Source: Opitutales bacterium
GTDB taxonomy: Bacteria > Verrucomicrobiota > Verrucomicrobiia > Opitutales > JABSRG01
Assembly (NCBI GenBank): GCA_049599475.1
Contig: JBMYOQ010000010.1
Coordinates: 29,909 to 93,908, forward strand
Direction: 5' to 3'
DNA length: 64,000 nt
Both the position numbers and the translations under genes were made by a program. How positions within the stretch are numbered: position 1 is the stretch's first letter; every line of letters starts with the position of its first letter. The notes below the pieces were generated by a model. It was given only the letters and a program-made list of their open reading frames with translations, was not told where the DNA came from and ran no database searches. Of this stretch, positions 30,673 to 40,372 are shown in pieces.

Positions 30673-32754
30673 ATGAGACCGTTTTTTACAGCTTCCAGAA
30701 AATGGCCAAGGATAGCCACATCGGTCATATTCTCGACCCTTATACCCCCGTTCCTCAACGCCCAAATCAATGCCCTCAGTGATGCCTCTGAAATCGAGGG
30801 AACCGGCGTCTACAACTCCCCTTGGCTAGGCATTTACTCCCAATCCACCCCCGAAGACCCTTGGATCTTCTCTGACATGATCGGCTGGACTTATACGGTT
30901 GATGACTCCGAGCCAGACGCCGTTTGGATGTATAATGAAGAGCTAGCGGGGTGGATTTGGACAAAGACAGAATTTTTTCCCTACACCTATAGTGAAACCT
31001 TGGGATGGATCTACTTCGAGCGCATCGAGCCCCTGTCCTATTACTATTCTTTCGATGACGACGCGTGGTATACGATCGAGAAATCATGGTACAGCCCCGA
31101 TCTGAACGACGTCGAACGCGCCAGCCGTTTCCTCGCACAGGCTACCTTAGGGGCAGACTTTGATACCATTTATGCAGTCGCCCGCAGCGGGCTCGAGGCG
31201 TGGATCGACGCCCAGTTTCAAATACCCGTCACCACCACCGCAGACCCAGTCGAAGTCTACATCGAGCAGACCGACGAGCTTGTAGATCAACTCGACTATC
31301 GTGCCCTTCTCTTTCGCGCAGCTTGGTGGAAAAACGTCATCAGCGGCTCCGACCTACTGCGACAGCGTGTAGCTCTAGCCCTCAGTGAAATATTGGTGAT
31401 CTCGGATATAGGCGAGCTCGGGGAACACCCCGAAGGCTTAGCGGGCTACTTCGACATTCTGCAAAACAATGCATTCGGCAATTACCGAGACCTGCTCTAC
31501 GATATCACAATCCATCCGACCATGGGGCACTACCTTTCGCACATGGGAAACCGAAAGCCCGACTCAAGCACCGGACGCTTCCCGGATGAAAACTACGCCC
31601 GCGAAGTCATGCAGCTCTTCACTATCGGCCTATACGAGCTCAACATGGATGGCTCTCGAAAACTCGATAGTAACGGGGAACCAATCCCTACCTATGATAA
31701 TTCAGACATCACCGAATTTGCGAGAGTCTACACCGGCATGCATTTCGACACTCGGTTCGCACTCGAGGAACTCGCAGAGGACCCAGAGTTCCCCAACCCG
31801 CCGACAATCGAAACCATCACCTTCGAAGAGATCGAAACATACGAACTCTTCAACTACGCGGACCCGATGTATTTTTACGAGAGCGAGCACGACAACGATG
31901 CCAAAACTCTTCTGAATGACACAGTGCTCCCTGCCGGGCAAACAGTCCAACAGGACCTCAACGGCGCACTGGACAATCTGTTCAACCACCCCAGCACAGC
32001 TCCTTTCGTAAGCAAACTCCTGATACAGCGCCTCACAAAATCAAATCCAAGCCCAGCATACATAGAACGCGTGGCCAATACATTCGCCGACAACGGCTCA
32101 GGCGTGCGCGGAGACATGAAAGCCATCTTAAAGGCTATCCTCTTGGATGTCGAAGCACGCTCGCCCGATATGCTCAAGGATTCCAAACACGCCAAAATGC
32201 GCGAACCATACTTCATGCTCATCCACTACATGAGAGCCTTCAACGCACGCCCCGAGGGTGACGATTACTTCCTACTCGATGCAGACTACTTCGAAGCCTT
32301 CAGCCAGCGACCATTCTCCTCGCCAAGCGTATTTAACTTCTTCTTACCAGACTACTCTCCCCCGGGCGCCATCGGCGATGCGGGCCTAGTCGCTCCAGAG
32401 TTTCAGATTGCAAATTCATTCAGCCTTTCAGCGGCGCTCAACCTGATGCATTGGTCCATCGTCGGAGATAGCCTACAACTCTCGGAACCCGACGAAGAGG
32501 ATATCCAGCTCGGCCTCGATCGCTTTATGCCTCGCTGGACCGTCGACTTGAGTGCTGAGGTCGCACTCATTAATGATCTGGATGCTCTGCTCAATCACCT
32601 CGACCTGATTCTCACCTACGGTCGCTTATCCGAAGGCAGCAAGGCCATCATCAAAAGCGCCCTAGAACAAGGTGAAGACGCTGAGGCCGAAGAACTCGTA
32701 CGCCTCGCGATCTACTTCATCCTGACCTCTCCGGATTACAATATAACGAGATAG
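30673..32754 (+). CDS. DUF1800-family protein with N-terminal Trp-rich domain
   Basis: ASRFLAQATLG, LRQRVALALSEI, PDENYAREVMQLFTIGL, SPSVFNFF. Confidence 0.88.
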   Translation: MRPFFTASRKWPRIATSVIFSTLIPPFLNAQINALSDASEIEGTGVYNSPWLGIYSQSTPEDPWIFSDMIGWTYTVDDSEPDAVWMYNEELAGWIWTKTEFFPYTYSETLGWIYFERIEPLSYYYSFDDDAWYTIEKSWYSPDLNDVERASRFLAQATLGADFDTIYAVARSGLEAWIDAQFQIPVTTTADPVEVYIEQTDELVDQLDYRALLFRAAWWKNVISGSDLLRQRVALALSEILVISDIGELGEHPEGLAGYFDILQNNAFGNYRDLLYDITIHPTMGHYLSHMGNRKPDSSTGRFPDENYAREVMQLFTIGLYELNMDGSRKLDSNGEPIPTYDNSDITEFARVYTGMHFDTRFALEELAEDPEFPNPPTIETITFEEIETYELFNYADPMYFYESEHDNDAKTLLNDTVLPAGQTVQQDLNGALDNLFNHPSTAPFVSKLLIQRLTKSNPSPAYIERVANTFADNGSGVRGDMKAILKAILLDVEARSPDMLKDSKHAKMREPYFMLIHYMRAFNARPEGDDYFLLDADYFEAFSQRPFSSPSVFNFFLPDYSPPGAIGDAGLVAPEFQIANSFSLSAALNLMHWSIVGDSLQLSEPDEEDIQLGLDRFMPRWTVDLSAEVALINDLDALLNHLDLILTYGRLSEGSKAIIKSALEQGEDAEAEELVRLAIYFILTSPDYNITR

Positions 32755-32787
32755 AGCACCCCCCAAATCATTAGAATTTCCCAATAC

Positions 32788-34200
32788 ATGAAAGCTTCCA
32801 AAAATATTTCTCGTCGTAAATTCCTCGGACAAGCCAGCTGCGCTGGAGTCGGATCTTCTGCATTGTTTTCTACCCTATTCAATTTAAGGATGTCCAGTGT
32901 TGCCGCTGCTCAGAGTAGCAGCAGCGAAGATTATAAAGCACTGGTATGTGTCTTCCTTGGAGGTGGGAATGATTCGTTCAACATGCTCGTTCCCAGCAGT
33001 GGAACTGCGTATTCAGATTACCAAGCAATTCGCAGCGATTTAGCCCTATCCAGCAGCACTCTCTTGAATCTCAATGTAGGCAATTCTGATGGGCGCGATT
33101 TCGGCTTACACCCTTCGATGCCCGAGGTTCAGAGCCTTTTTAATACAGGTAAGGCCGCCATGGTTTGCAATGTCGGCACCCTGGTAGAGCCGACCAGCTT
33201 GACCGGAATCAACAATGGGTCGGCCCGCCTTCCGCTTGGCCTTTACTCCCACTCGGACCAAATCACGCACTGGCAGACATCCGTCCCAGATCAACGCTCG
33301 ACCACCGGCTGGGCTGGACGCGTCGCCGACATTTTGGAGTCAGCCAATCAAGACGACACCGTCTCGATGAATATTTCTCTTTCGGGCAATAACGTATTTC
33401 AGACCGGCAAACAGGTATCGAGCTTTGTGGCAGGGTACGACGCCGAGGGCGGCGAGGAGCCCGATGGCCTGTTCGACAGCCTCAACCCGGACCCCTACCA
33501 GGAGTTTCTCTCCAGCAATGTGCGAAGCATGATCGACCAGGAGTATCTCAACATCTTTGAGCAAAACTACGCCAGTTCTGTGAAAAACAGCTTGGATGGT
33601 CGCCTCGCTTACAAGCAAGCTCTCGAAGGCGTACCCACCTTGACGACTCAATTTCCCTCTGCGGGAATCGGCCCAGCGATGCGCACAGTTGCCCGCACCA
33701 TTGCAGCGCGCCAGGCTCTCGGGAAACGCCGCCAGACCTTCTTTGTCATGTTCGGCGGCTGGGACCACCATGACGAAGTGCTCAACACCCAGCAGCAGAT
33801 GCTCGCAGCCGTAAGCCGCGGGATATCGGCCCTCCAAAGCGCCATGGAAGAATTGGGGGTCGAGGACAAAGTGACGACCTTCACCGCCTCCGACTTCGGA
33901 CGCACATTGACCTCCAATGGTCGCGGCTCGGACCATGCCTGGGGCGGCAATCATATTGTCTCCGGAGGCGCTGTAAACGGCGGCCTCCTCTACGGAAATT
34001 ATCCCGAGCTTTACTCCGGCAACAACCTAGACACAGGACGCGGGCGCCTCATTCCGACCACATCTGTCGACGAATATTTCGCAGAACTCGCCCTCTGGTT
34101 CGGCGTAGACCGCAGCGCCCTCCCCAGCCTATTTCCCAACCTGGATCGCTTCTACAATCTCGATGCCAGCGGCTATCCCCTCGGATTTTTGAAGAGTTGA
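32788..34200 (+). CDS. DUF1501-family Tat-exported protein
   Basis: SRRKFL Tat motif, DYKALVCVFLGGGNDSFN, GGWDHH, SDFGRT, DHAWGG. Confidence 0.9.
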   Translation: MKASKNISRRKFLGQASCAGVGSSALFSTLFNLRMSSVAAAQSSSSEDYKALVCVFLGGGNDSFNMLVPSSGTAYSDYQAIRSDLALSSSTLLNLNVGNSDGRDFGLHPSMPEVQSLFNTGKAAMVCNVGTLVEPTSLTGINNGSARLPLGLYSHSDQITHWQTSVPDQRSTTGWAGRVADILESANQDDTVSMNISLSGNNVFQTGKQVSSFVAGYDAEGGEEPDGLFDSLNPDPYQEFLSSNVRSMIDQEYLNIFEQNYASSVKNSLDGRLAYKQALEGVPTLTTQFPSAGIGPAMRTVARTIAARQALGKRRQTFFVMFGGWDHHDEVLNTQQQMLAAVSRGISALQSAMEELGVEDKVTTFTASDFGRTLTSNGRGSDHAWGGNHIVSGGAVNGGLLYGNYPELYSGNNLDTGRGRLIPTTSVDEYFAELALWFGVDRSALPSLFPNLDRFYNLDASGYPLGFLKS

Positions 34201-34405
34201 GACGAAGAGCAGGGGTGTCTACGAGTCAGATCGGTTTAAGCAAACCCATTAAACCAGTGCGATTTACCACATAAAACTGGAAGCTTTAGGGCTGATTCCT
34301 GGATTTAGTCTCGACCAAAAAATCCGATTAGTAGAATCAAACGCCCCAGCATCGCCCTGCGAAAATTTCCCTCCGAACTATCCGATACATTCCCAAGATC
34401 CACTC

Positions 34406-35380
34406 GTGCGCGCCTGTATATTGACCGACTTTAACCTTCCTAGCTTCGCAAGAGTAGGGAACCTCTACACAATCACTTTTGAAAAACTTGGCTGGCGCGT
34501 GGAGCACCTCCCTCTAGGGTCCAACACAAGCGGTTTCTCGAAACGCTTCGACATCGTCTTCCACAACGTAAACGGGACGAACTTTAGAAAGATCGATGGT
34601 TGCAACAACATCGCCCTCTTCGTCCACGAGTGGAGCCATTACCCACCAGCCTGGACATCATACCTAGACGGATTTGACGCCCTGTGGACCACGACTCTAC
34701 ACTGCAAAGAGATCGCTGAACGCTCGGGCCTCAAGCCTCCGGCCTACTGGCTCCCCCCAGCGATGGACCTGGAGACGCCTCCAGAAAAATCGGACTACAA
34801 AGCCCAGTCCCCCTTCAAATTCTTATACGTGGGCGAATGGCAATTTCGCAAAGGCCTGCACCTCCTCTTTGAAGCCTGGGATCTCGCATTCCCCGAGCCC
34901 GGCGAAGCGCACCTCACCCTAAAAACGAGCGCCGGCTGCCCTTTCGACTCTCCCCGAGAAGATATCGAAATCGTCCGCACCTACTGGACTCAGGATCAGC
35001 TCCACCACGCCTATATCACCTCAGACTGTTATGTCTCCACGAGCCTCGGCGAGGGTTGGGGACTCCCCATCCTTGAAGCCATACGTTGCGGCCTCCCCGT
35101 CTGCGCCAACCTTTGGGGCGGCCACGGAAGCATGCTCAGTGAAGACAATTGTTTCGCCATACCTCATAAGGAAATACCGCAGCTCTACGCCCCAGAGCCC
35201 AACCTCTACGCCCCAGGCCAAACCTGCGCCTACTCCGACCCCAAAGAAACCGCCAAAGCGCTCAGACGCGCCCTCGCCTCCGACAGAGCCGAAAGAAAAG
35301 GCCTGGCAGACGCCGCCTTCGAAAAATTCCAATCGGCCTTCACCTTAAAGCAATTTTCGGAGAAGCCTCTCAACCTGTAA
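34406..35380 (+). CDS. GT4-family glycosyltransferase
   Basis: RKGLHLL, SLGEGWGLPILEAIRCGLP. Confidence 0.87.
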   Translation: MRACILTDFNLPSFARVGNLYTITFEKLGWRVEHLPLGSNTSGFSKRFDIVFHNVNGTNFRKIDGCNNIALFVHEWSHYPPAWTSYLDGFDALWTTTLHCKEIAERSGLKPPAYWLPPAMDLETPPEKSDYKAQSPFKFLYVGEWQFRKGLHLLFEAWDLAFPEPGEAHLTLKTSAGCPFDSPREDIEIVRTYWTQDQLHHAYITSDCYVSTSLGEGWGLPILEAIRCGLPVCANLWGGHGSMLSEDNCFAIPHKEIPQLYAPEPNLYAPGQTCAYSDPKETAKALRRALASDRAERKGLADAAFEKFQSAFTLKQFSEKPLNL

Positions 35381-35450
35381 ACGGCCGAGAAGCTAGAGAA
35401 ATTTTTAGACAGGATTAACGAGATTGCTTACCCATCGCGGACCTAAACAA

Positions 35451-35537
35451 GGTAGGGCGAATCGTCCTCGGTGAGCCGCTGCATTTAAGCCATGGCCTTG
35501 ATCGCAAAATGGCTCACCGAGGACGGTTCACCCAACC
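35451..35537. repeat. GTAG-type REP-like inverted repeat
   Basis: GGTAGGGCGAATCGTCCTCGGTGAGCCG (35451-35478) pairs imperfectly with TGGCTCACCGAGGACGGTTCACCCAACC (35510-35537). Confidence 0.75.
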
Positions 35538-35602
35538 GATTTTTGCTAAAATTACCGAAACCAAAACTGTCCGCAACTCACTGAAAGCCTCATCGCAACA
35601 GA

Positions 35603-36763
35603 TCAATAATCATCACGGCTCGCCTGCATGCGAAGCGGATGCACGGTAATCCGCACAGAACCCGCATCCTCCAAATTGAGACGCGCGTCCAAATATCCCG
35701 GATACAGTGCGATCGCTCGTTCGAACAGTTCGAGCGCTCGCCCCTCTTCTCCGCTCTTGCGATAGGCGACACCCAAATTATTGAGCGTTTCGGCACTCTT
35801 ACGCATTTCCTCGGCACATTCTAGAGGCGAGACCGCATCTGGATAAGCTCCCTTCAACAGCGCTAGGGTTCCTACAGAAAATGTGTAACGCCATCCCTCT
35901 GGCACTGGGTAAGGGCCCTGCGGCTCAAGAATTTCATCCGGGTCATCGATCAAAGGTTCCAGTGCTTTGAGGTATCGCTCTGCTTCAGCAAACTCCTCGC
36001 GAAAAAGCGCTAGCGACACCAACCCCCAAAGGCCTACCCGTTCACCAAAACCGTTTTGAAGATATAGGTCCTGAATGTCTGAGTATGCGTGCTTTCTGAG
36101 GGCCCTGGCGACCATACTTCGCTGTTTCTCAATCTTCCGAGAATCACTCCCCGGATAGGCGTACATCCGATATCCCTTCTCATGAATGAAATGGAAGCGA
36201 GCCCCCGCGGCTATGGCACGCGACACAAAATCACTATCATCGCCTCCATGCAGCGTCGTATCATAATTTACACGACGCGCAAAATCCGTGCGAAAGGCAA
36301 CATGCGCAATCCCCGGTAACCAGTTACGCTCAAACAGTCGCACCTTATCTCGATCCTCCGAAATAAACTCTGGTATCGGCAAATCCTTGATAAACGCTCC
36401 ACTCGTCCCATCCACCAACTCCTGCGCATCCGAGACAAAATCACACGGCCCCGCACGCAAAGGCGCAATCACCCGCTCTAGACGCCCCGGTAAGAATTCA
36501 TCATCCGCATCCAACCAAACCGCATACGGTGTTTCCACCGCATCCAAAGCCGTCTGCCTCACCAGCCCCAAACCACGCTTCTCCGGGGGTCGCACAACCT
36601 TAAGCCCAGCCAGTCCAACACTCTCAGCCCTGATCACCGTCTCATCCGTCGAAAAATCATCCACCAAAACCACAGGGACATCCTTACCAATCGAAAGCAA
36701 AGCCCGCTCAATAGTATCCTCCGCATTCCAAGCTGGAATCAAAACCGTAGTATCCACCGCCAT
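35603..36763 (-). CDS. GT2 glycosyltransferase with C-terminal TPR
   Basis: IPAWNAE, VDDFSTD, WLDADD; TLNNLGVAY...AIALYPGYLDARLNL; ATG 36763 preferred. Confidence 0.88.
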   Translation of the reverse strand: MAVDTTVLIPAWNAEDTIERALLSIGKDVPVVLVDDFSTDETVIRAESVGLAGLKVVRPPEKRGLGLVRQTALDAVETPYAVWLDADDEFLPGRLERVIAPLRAGPCDFVSDAQELVDGTSGAFIKDLPIPEFISEDRDKVRLFERNWLPGIAHVAFRTDFARRVNYDTTLHGGDDSDFVSRAIAAGARFHFIHEKGYRMYAYPGSDSRKIEKQRSMVARALRKHAYSDIQDLYLQNGFGERVGLWGLVSLALFREEFAEAERYLKALEPLIDDPDEILEPQGPYPVPEGWRYTFSVGTLALLKGAYPDAVSPLECAEEMRKSAETLNNLGVAYRKSGEEGRALELFERAIALYPGYLDARLNLEDAGSVRITVHPLRMQASRDDY

Positions 36764-36780
36764 CAACCAGAACAACGGCT

Positions 36781-36815
36781 TCATCCTTCATCCCTCAACC
36801 TTCATCCTTCTCACT
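36781..36815. repeat. Degenerate heptamer tandem repeat (5 units)
   Basis: TCATCCT TCATCCC TCAACCT TCATCCT TCTCACT. Confidence 0.7.
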
Positions 36816-36838
36816 TCCCAACAACGAATAACCAAAAC

Positions 36839-38038
36839 CTAAAAACCATCCCCCATCCTTTCCTCAATCCCATCCGATGCATCCCAGATCGGAACCAGCA
36901 TTGGCTGTGGATCAAATTCCAACAAAGTCCGCACCATTGCGTCTTCAAAAGACTTAGAAGCGATCACAACGAGATCCTGCTCAGTGAGCCCGACCTCATG
37001 GACACTGTGTATCGAAAGTCCCTCAAATTCCGCGTCCTCTGTTTTACTAGTTACCAGAAAACCCTCGACCTGCTCAAAACCTTCCTCCCGCAAAACGCGC
37101 AAAACCCATCGTCCCATAGAACCTGCACCGTAGACAAATAAACGCCCCTCGGCATGCTCCTTAATCCACTCCACCATCAAATGCCCAGAACGCTCCATAC
37201 GCCGCCGAATCACCGGCCCCAGATAGGCATGTGGATCTAAATCTTCAGGACATTTCGGTTCTCCGAGCAAATGCCCAGCACCGACAAAGTGAAGTTGGCC
37301 TGATGCTTTTAAGCTCTTCAAGTGTTCCTGAGACAATCCCCCGACCTCTTCAGCCAAAGCCTCTAATTCTGGGGTACGATCTCTGGCAGCAGCGGTATTA
37401 CCATATGAATCCGATCTCAATCGAAAGGCTGTAAATGGTTCAGGCAAATAGTCTAATCCATGCTGAAACATGAGACATAAATTGAACCATAGGTCAGCAA
37501 AACTACCCAATTTCGAGGATTGCCCCCCAATATCTCGGGCAATTTCCGTATCTACAACAACACTACCTCCATTCAAAAAATTCCCCCTCAAAAACGTATC
37601 TATCCTATCTCTTTCAACCCGCTCAAATACCCCTGAAATCTCACCTTCGACGATCCCCTTATTGGCGTTTGACCTAAAATATTTCGTAGGCCCCGCAACT
37701 ACGCGCCCTACCTCCTCCGAACAGAGGTGTTTCAACAGACCCGTAAATCCTTTTTCCAAAAATAGATCATCCACACCTCGAAACATAACATGGTCTCCAA
37801 TCACATTCTGAAGTCCAAGATTGATTGCGGCTTCTACCCCATTGTTCTCGGTAGACTCTATCCATCGAGCTCGTTCACTTTGAGCAGTAATTTCAGAAGC
37901 TTGAGTCCTGAGATGAGCGGGAGATCCATCGTCTACGACAACCACTTCGAAATCACCATCTACATGCTTCAGCGACTCTAAACACCTTCGCAAATGATCG
38001 GGCATCCGGTAATGAGTCACGATGATAGACAACTTCAT
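36839..38038 (-). CDS. GT2 glycosyltransferase with C-terminal Rossmann-like module
   Basis: VVDDGS, GVDD; C-terminal LFVYGAGSMG...VVIAS; ATG 38038 preferred. Confidence 0.85.
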   Translation of the reverse strand: MKLSIIVTHYRMPDHLRRCLESLKHVDGDFEVVVVDDGSPAHLRTQASEITAQSERARWIESTENNGVEAAINLGLQNVIGDHVMFRGVDDLFLEKGFTGLLKHLCSEEVGRVVAGPTKYFRSNANKGIVEGEISGVFERVERDRIDTFLRGNFLNGGSVVVDTEIARDIGGQSSKLGSFADLWFNLCLMFQHGLDYLPEPFTAFRLRSDSYGNTAAARDRTPELEALAEEVGGLSQEHLKSLKASGQLHFVGAGHLLGEPKCPEDLDPHAYLGPVIRRRMERSGHLMVEWIKEHAEGRLFVYGAGSMGRWVLRVLREEGFEQVEGFLVTSKTEDAEFEGLSIHSVHEVGLTEQDLVVIASKSFEDAMVRTLLEFDPQPMLVPIWDASDGIEERMGDGF

Positions 38039-38049
38039 ATCTGAATCCA

Positions 38050-38077
38050 ATATCGGCAGCTTCTCTCCTCATATTTA
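38050..38077 (-). promoter_or_regulatory. Sigma-28 (FliA/SigD)-type promoter
   Basis: TAAA-N16-GCCGATAT, 11 nt before ATG 38038. Confidence 0.72.
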
Positions 38078-38097
38078 CAAAAAGCAATAATTCTTTC

Positions 38098-38124
38098 TCA
38101 ACTCATACCAACATGGTTCGATAA
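38098..38124 (+). promoter_or_regulatory. Possible divergent sigma-28-type promoter
   Basis: TCAA-N15-TTCGATAA, 10 nt before ATG 38135. Confidence 0.45.
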
Positions 38125-38134
38125 AAAAGCGTAA

Positions 38135-38887
38135 ATGCCGAAAAAGCCAAGGACAGTCGCTCTAATACCCGCACGTGGTGGATCTAAGGGTATCCCTGGA
38201 AAGAATTTGCGCGAACTCGCAGATAGGCCACTGATCGCATGGTCAATAGGAGCGGCAAAACTATGCCCGTCCATAGATCAGATAATTGTAAGCACCGACG
38301 ACCCCAAAATCGCTGAAGTTTCGATGGAATACGGAGCAGACGTTCCTTTTCTCAGACCCAAGGAATTTGCAAGAGATGACTCGCTCGATAAAGAATTTTT
38401 CCTTCACTTTTACAGCTGCCTGAAGGAGCAGAAGGTTGCGCTTCCCGAATTGGTAGTCCACTTGAGACCCACCACGCCCCTCAGAGACACGAATACAATC
38501 GAACAAGGCATCCAAATTATGAGAGAGTCCCCTCAACTCTCTTCTCTGCGCTCTATGCATCCGATCAAAACAACACCTTACAAGTTGTTCGTCGAAGTTG
38601 ATGGGCTGGCGCAGGCGGCCTTACCATATCCAGAAATCGAGGAAGCTTACAATATGCCCAGGCAATTCTTCCCTGCGGTATATCAACCAAACGGCTTAGT
38701 CGACGTCGTAAGGCCTGAGGTATTGTTGGAAACAGGCAAAGTAAATGGGGACTCGATGTACCTCTTCGAAACCGAAACGTGCCCAGATATTGATCATATC
38801 GAAGATCTGGAACAAGCCAGTAAACTCTCCATGGACTCAAAGTATAAGGATCTGCGGGAAATGTTAAAGAGTCCTGCAATCAATTGA
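38135..38887 (+). CDS. Acylneuraminate cytidylyltransferase (NeuA family)
   Basis: IPARGGSKGIPGKN, VSTDD, LRPTTPLR, DID. Confidence 0.9.
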   Translation: MPKKPRTVALIPARGGSKGIPGKNLRELADRPLIAWSIGAAKLCPSIDQIIVSTDDPKIAEVSMEYGADVPFLRPKEFARDDSLDKEFFLHFYSCLKEQKVALPELVVHLRPTTPLRDTNTIEQGIQIMRESPQLSSLRSMHPIKTTPYKLFVEVDGLAQAALPYPEIEEAYNMPRQFFPAVYQPNGLVDVVRPEVLLETGKVNGDSMYLFETETCPDIDHIEDLEQASKLSMDSKYKDLREMLKSPAIN

Positions 38888-38909
38888 TAGTTACCCGTCA
38901 TTACAATCT

Positions 38910-39575
38910 ATGATCCCATTAACCGACCTAACAAAACCCTTCGAACACGAGAACGCTTTCTATCAGAGCTGTGACGCTACCCGTATGGCCAAAATCATAG
39001 CCCACTGGGATTTCTTCCAAAGAACCTGGGACATCTTTGGCGAGTTCGCAGAGTTTGGCGTGTTTAAAGGAGTTTCCTTCCTTCGATTCGCAATGTTTCG
39101 CCAACTCATGGGCATCCCGGACGCCAAGAAGATGCTGGGCTTTGACGCATTTGGCCCATTTCCCGAGACCGAGTATGAGGAAGACAAAGCGCATCGTCAG
39201 GACTTTATAGATGTAGCCGGCGAGGAATCTATCGGCGACGACCAGCTCATGGAATTACTCAAACACCGGCAATGCGAGCGCGGTGTAGAGCTGATCAAAG
39301 GCGATGTGTGTAAGACACTTCCTGATTATTTAGAAAAGCATCAAGCCACTAAATTTTCACTCGTCCACGTAGACGTGGATACATATGAGCCGAGCAAGGC
39401 AGTTATCGAGCTTTGCTGGCCACGCCTCTCGCCTGGAGGCATCATGATACTCGACGACTATGGGCGTTTCCCTGGGGAGACGAAGGTCGTAGACGATTAC
39501 TTCGAAGGGCAAGGTATCGAAATACAACGGCATCCCTTCACCCGAACTCCGGCCTACATCGTAAAGCCGGATTAG
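38910..39575 (+). CDS. TylF/MycF-family O-methyltransferase
   Basis: EFGVFKG, GFDAF, HVDVDTYE, GGIMILDDY. Confidence 0.88.
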   Translation: MIPLTDLTKPFEHENAFYQSCDATRMAKIIAHWDFFQRTWDIFGEFAEFGVFKGVSFLRFAMFRQLMGIPDAKKMLGFDAFGPFPETEYEEDKAHRQDFIDVAGEESIGDDQLMELLKHRQCERGVELIKGDVCKTLPDYLEKHQATKFSLVHVDVDTYEPSKAVIELCWPRLSPGGIMILDDYGRFPGETKVVDDYFEGQGIEIQRHPFTRTPAYIVKPD

Positions 39576-39592
39576 AGACTCGGCAATTTTAC

Positions 39593-40372
39593 ATGTTTAC
39601 GTTCGGCATACAGCAAGGACGCATCCTTCCAGATATACCTGGAACGTATCAGAATTTCCCTGCACTCTGGGAGCACGAGCCCACCCTGGCGTCTGATTAC
39701 GGTTTTGGCTCTATTGAACTCGTAGATGATCACAATGGCCACTGCTTACATTCCATCCAGTCTGGTGCATTAATAAAATTTGACGCCTGTCCCGCATCAA
39801 GCCTCTGCGCCGCTAGCATGACAACACTAGAAGGAGAGGCAGTCAGAGCCGAACGCTTCAAAAAAATCGCAGCAGCTACACACAACAGCGAGATAGAGAC
39901 CGTCGTCGTGCCCTTCTTGGAGTCGAACGCTTGCGAATCAACTCAACACCTCATAGATTGCCTCGGACACATTGCTGAAGTGATGGACACCGAGGGAGCC
40001 ACATTTGCGCTATGCATTGAGTCGGATCTTGCGCAAGACGCGTGTGTCGATGCCATTCGTCAGTTAGAATCCAATACACAATTCTCAATCTGCTTGGATA
40101 CCGGCAATGAAGCAGCATCCGGCCGCGACCCAGCAAAATTCCTTTCCGAATATTCGAACTACATCGGTCACGTACACTTAAAAGACCGCAGGCTGAACGG
40201 CCCCAATGTCCAGCCCGGCACTGGATCTGTTGATTTTCTGGAAGTCTTCTCTGCATTGAAGTCCGTAAACTATTCTGGACGACTCATCCTTGAAACCGCC
40301 CACGGCTCCGACCCGAAAGCGAGCGCTCAACGTAACATAAAATTCTTTCAATCCAGGGCAGCTCAGGCATGA
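39593..40372 (+). CDS. Sugar phosphate isomerase/epimerase (TIM barrel)
   Basis: GIQQGR, CIES, LDTGN, HVHLKD, ILET; ATG 39593. Confidence 0.85.
   Translation: MFTFGIQQGRILPDIPGTYQNFPALWEHEPTLASDYGFGSIELVDDHNGHCLHSIQSGALIKFDACPASSLCAASMTTLEGEAVRAERFKKIAAATHNSEIETVVVPFLESNACESTQHLIDCLGHIAEVMDTEGATFALCIESDLAQDACVDAIRQLESNTQFSICLDTGNEAASGRDPAKFLSEYSNYIGHVHLKDRRLNGPNVQPGTGSVDFLEVFSALKSVNYSGRLILETAHGSDPKASAQRNIKFFQSRAAQA

Noticed and set aside
33340..33954. 204-aa antisense ORF
   Set aside because: Shadow of the well-supported DUF1501 gene.
36288..36842. 184-aa plus-strand ORF
   Set aside because: Antisense to the GT2-TPR gene; no motifs.
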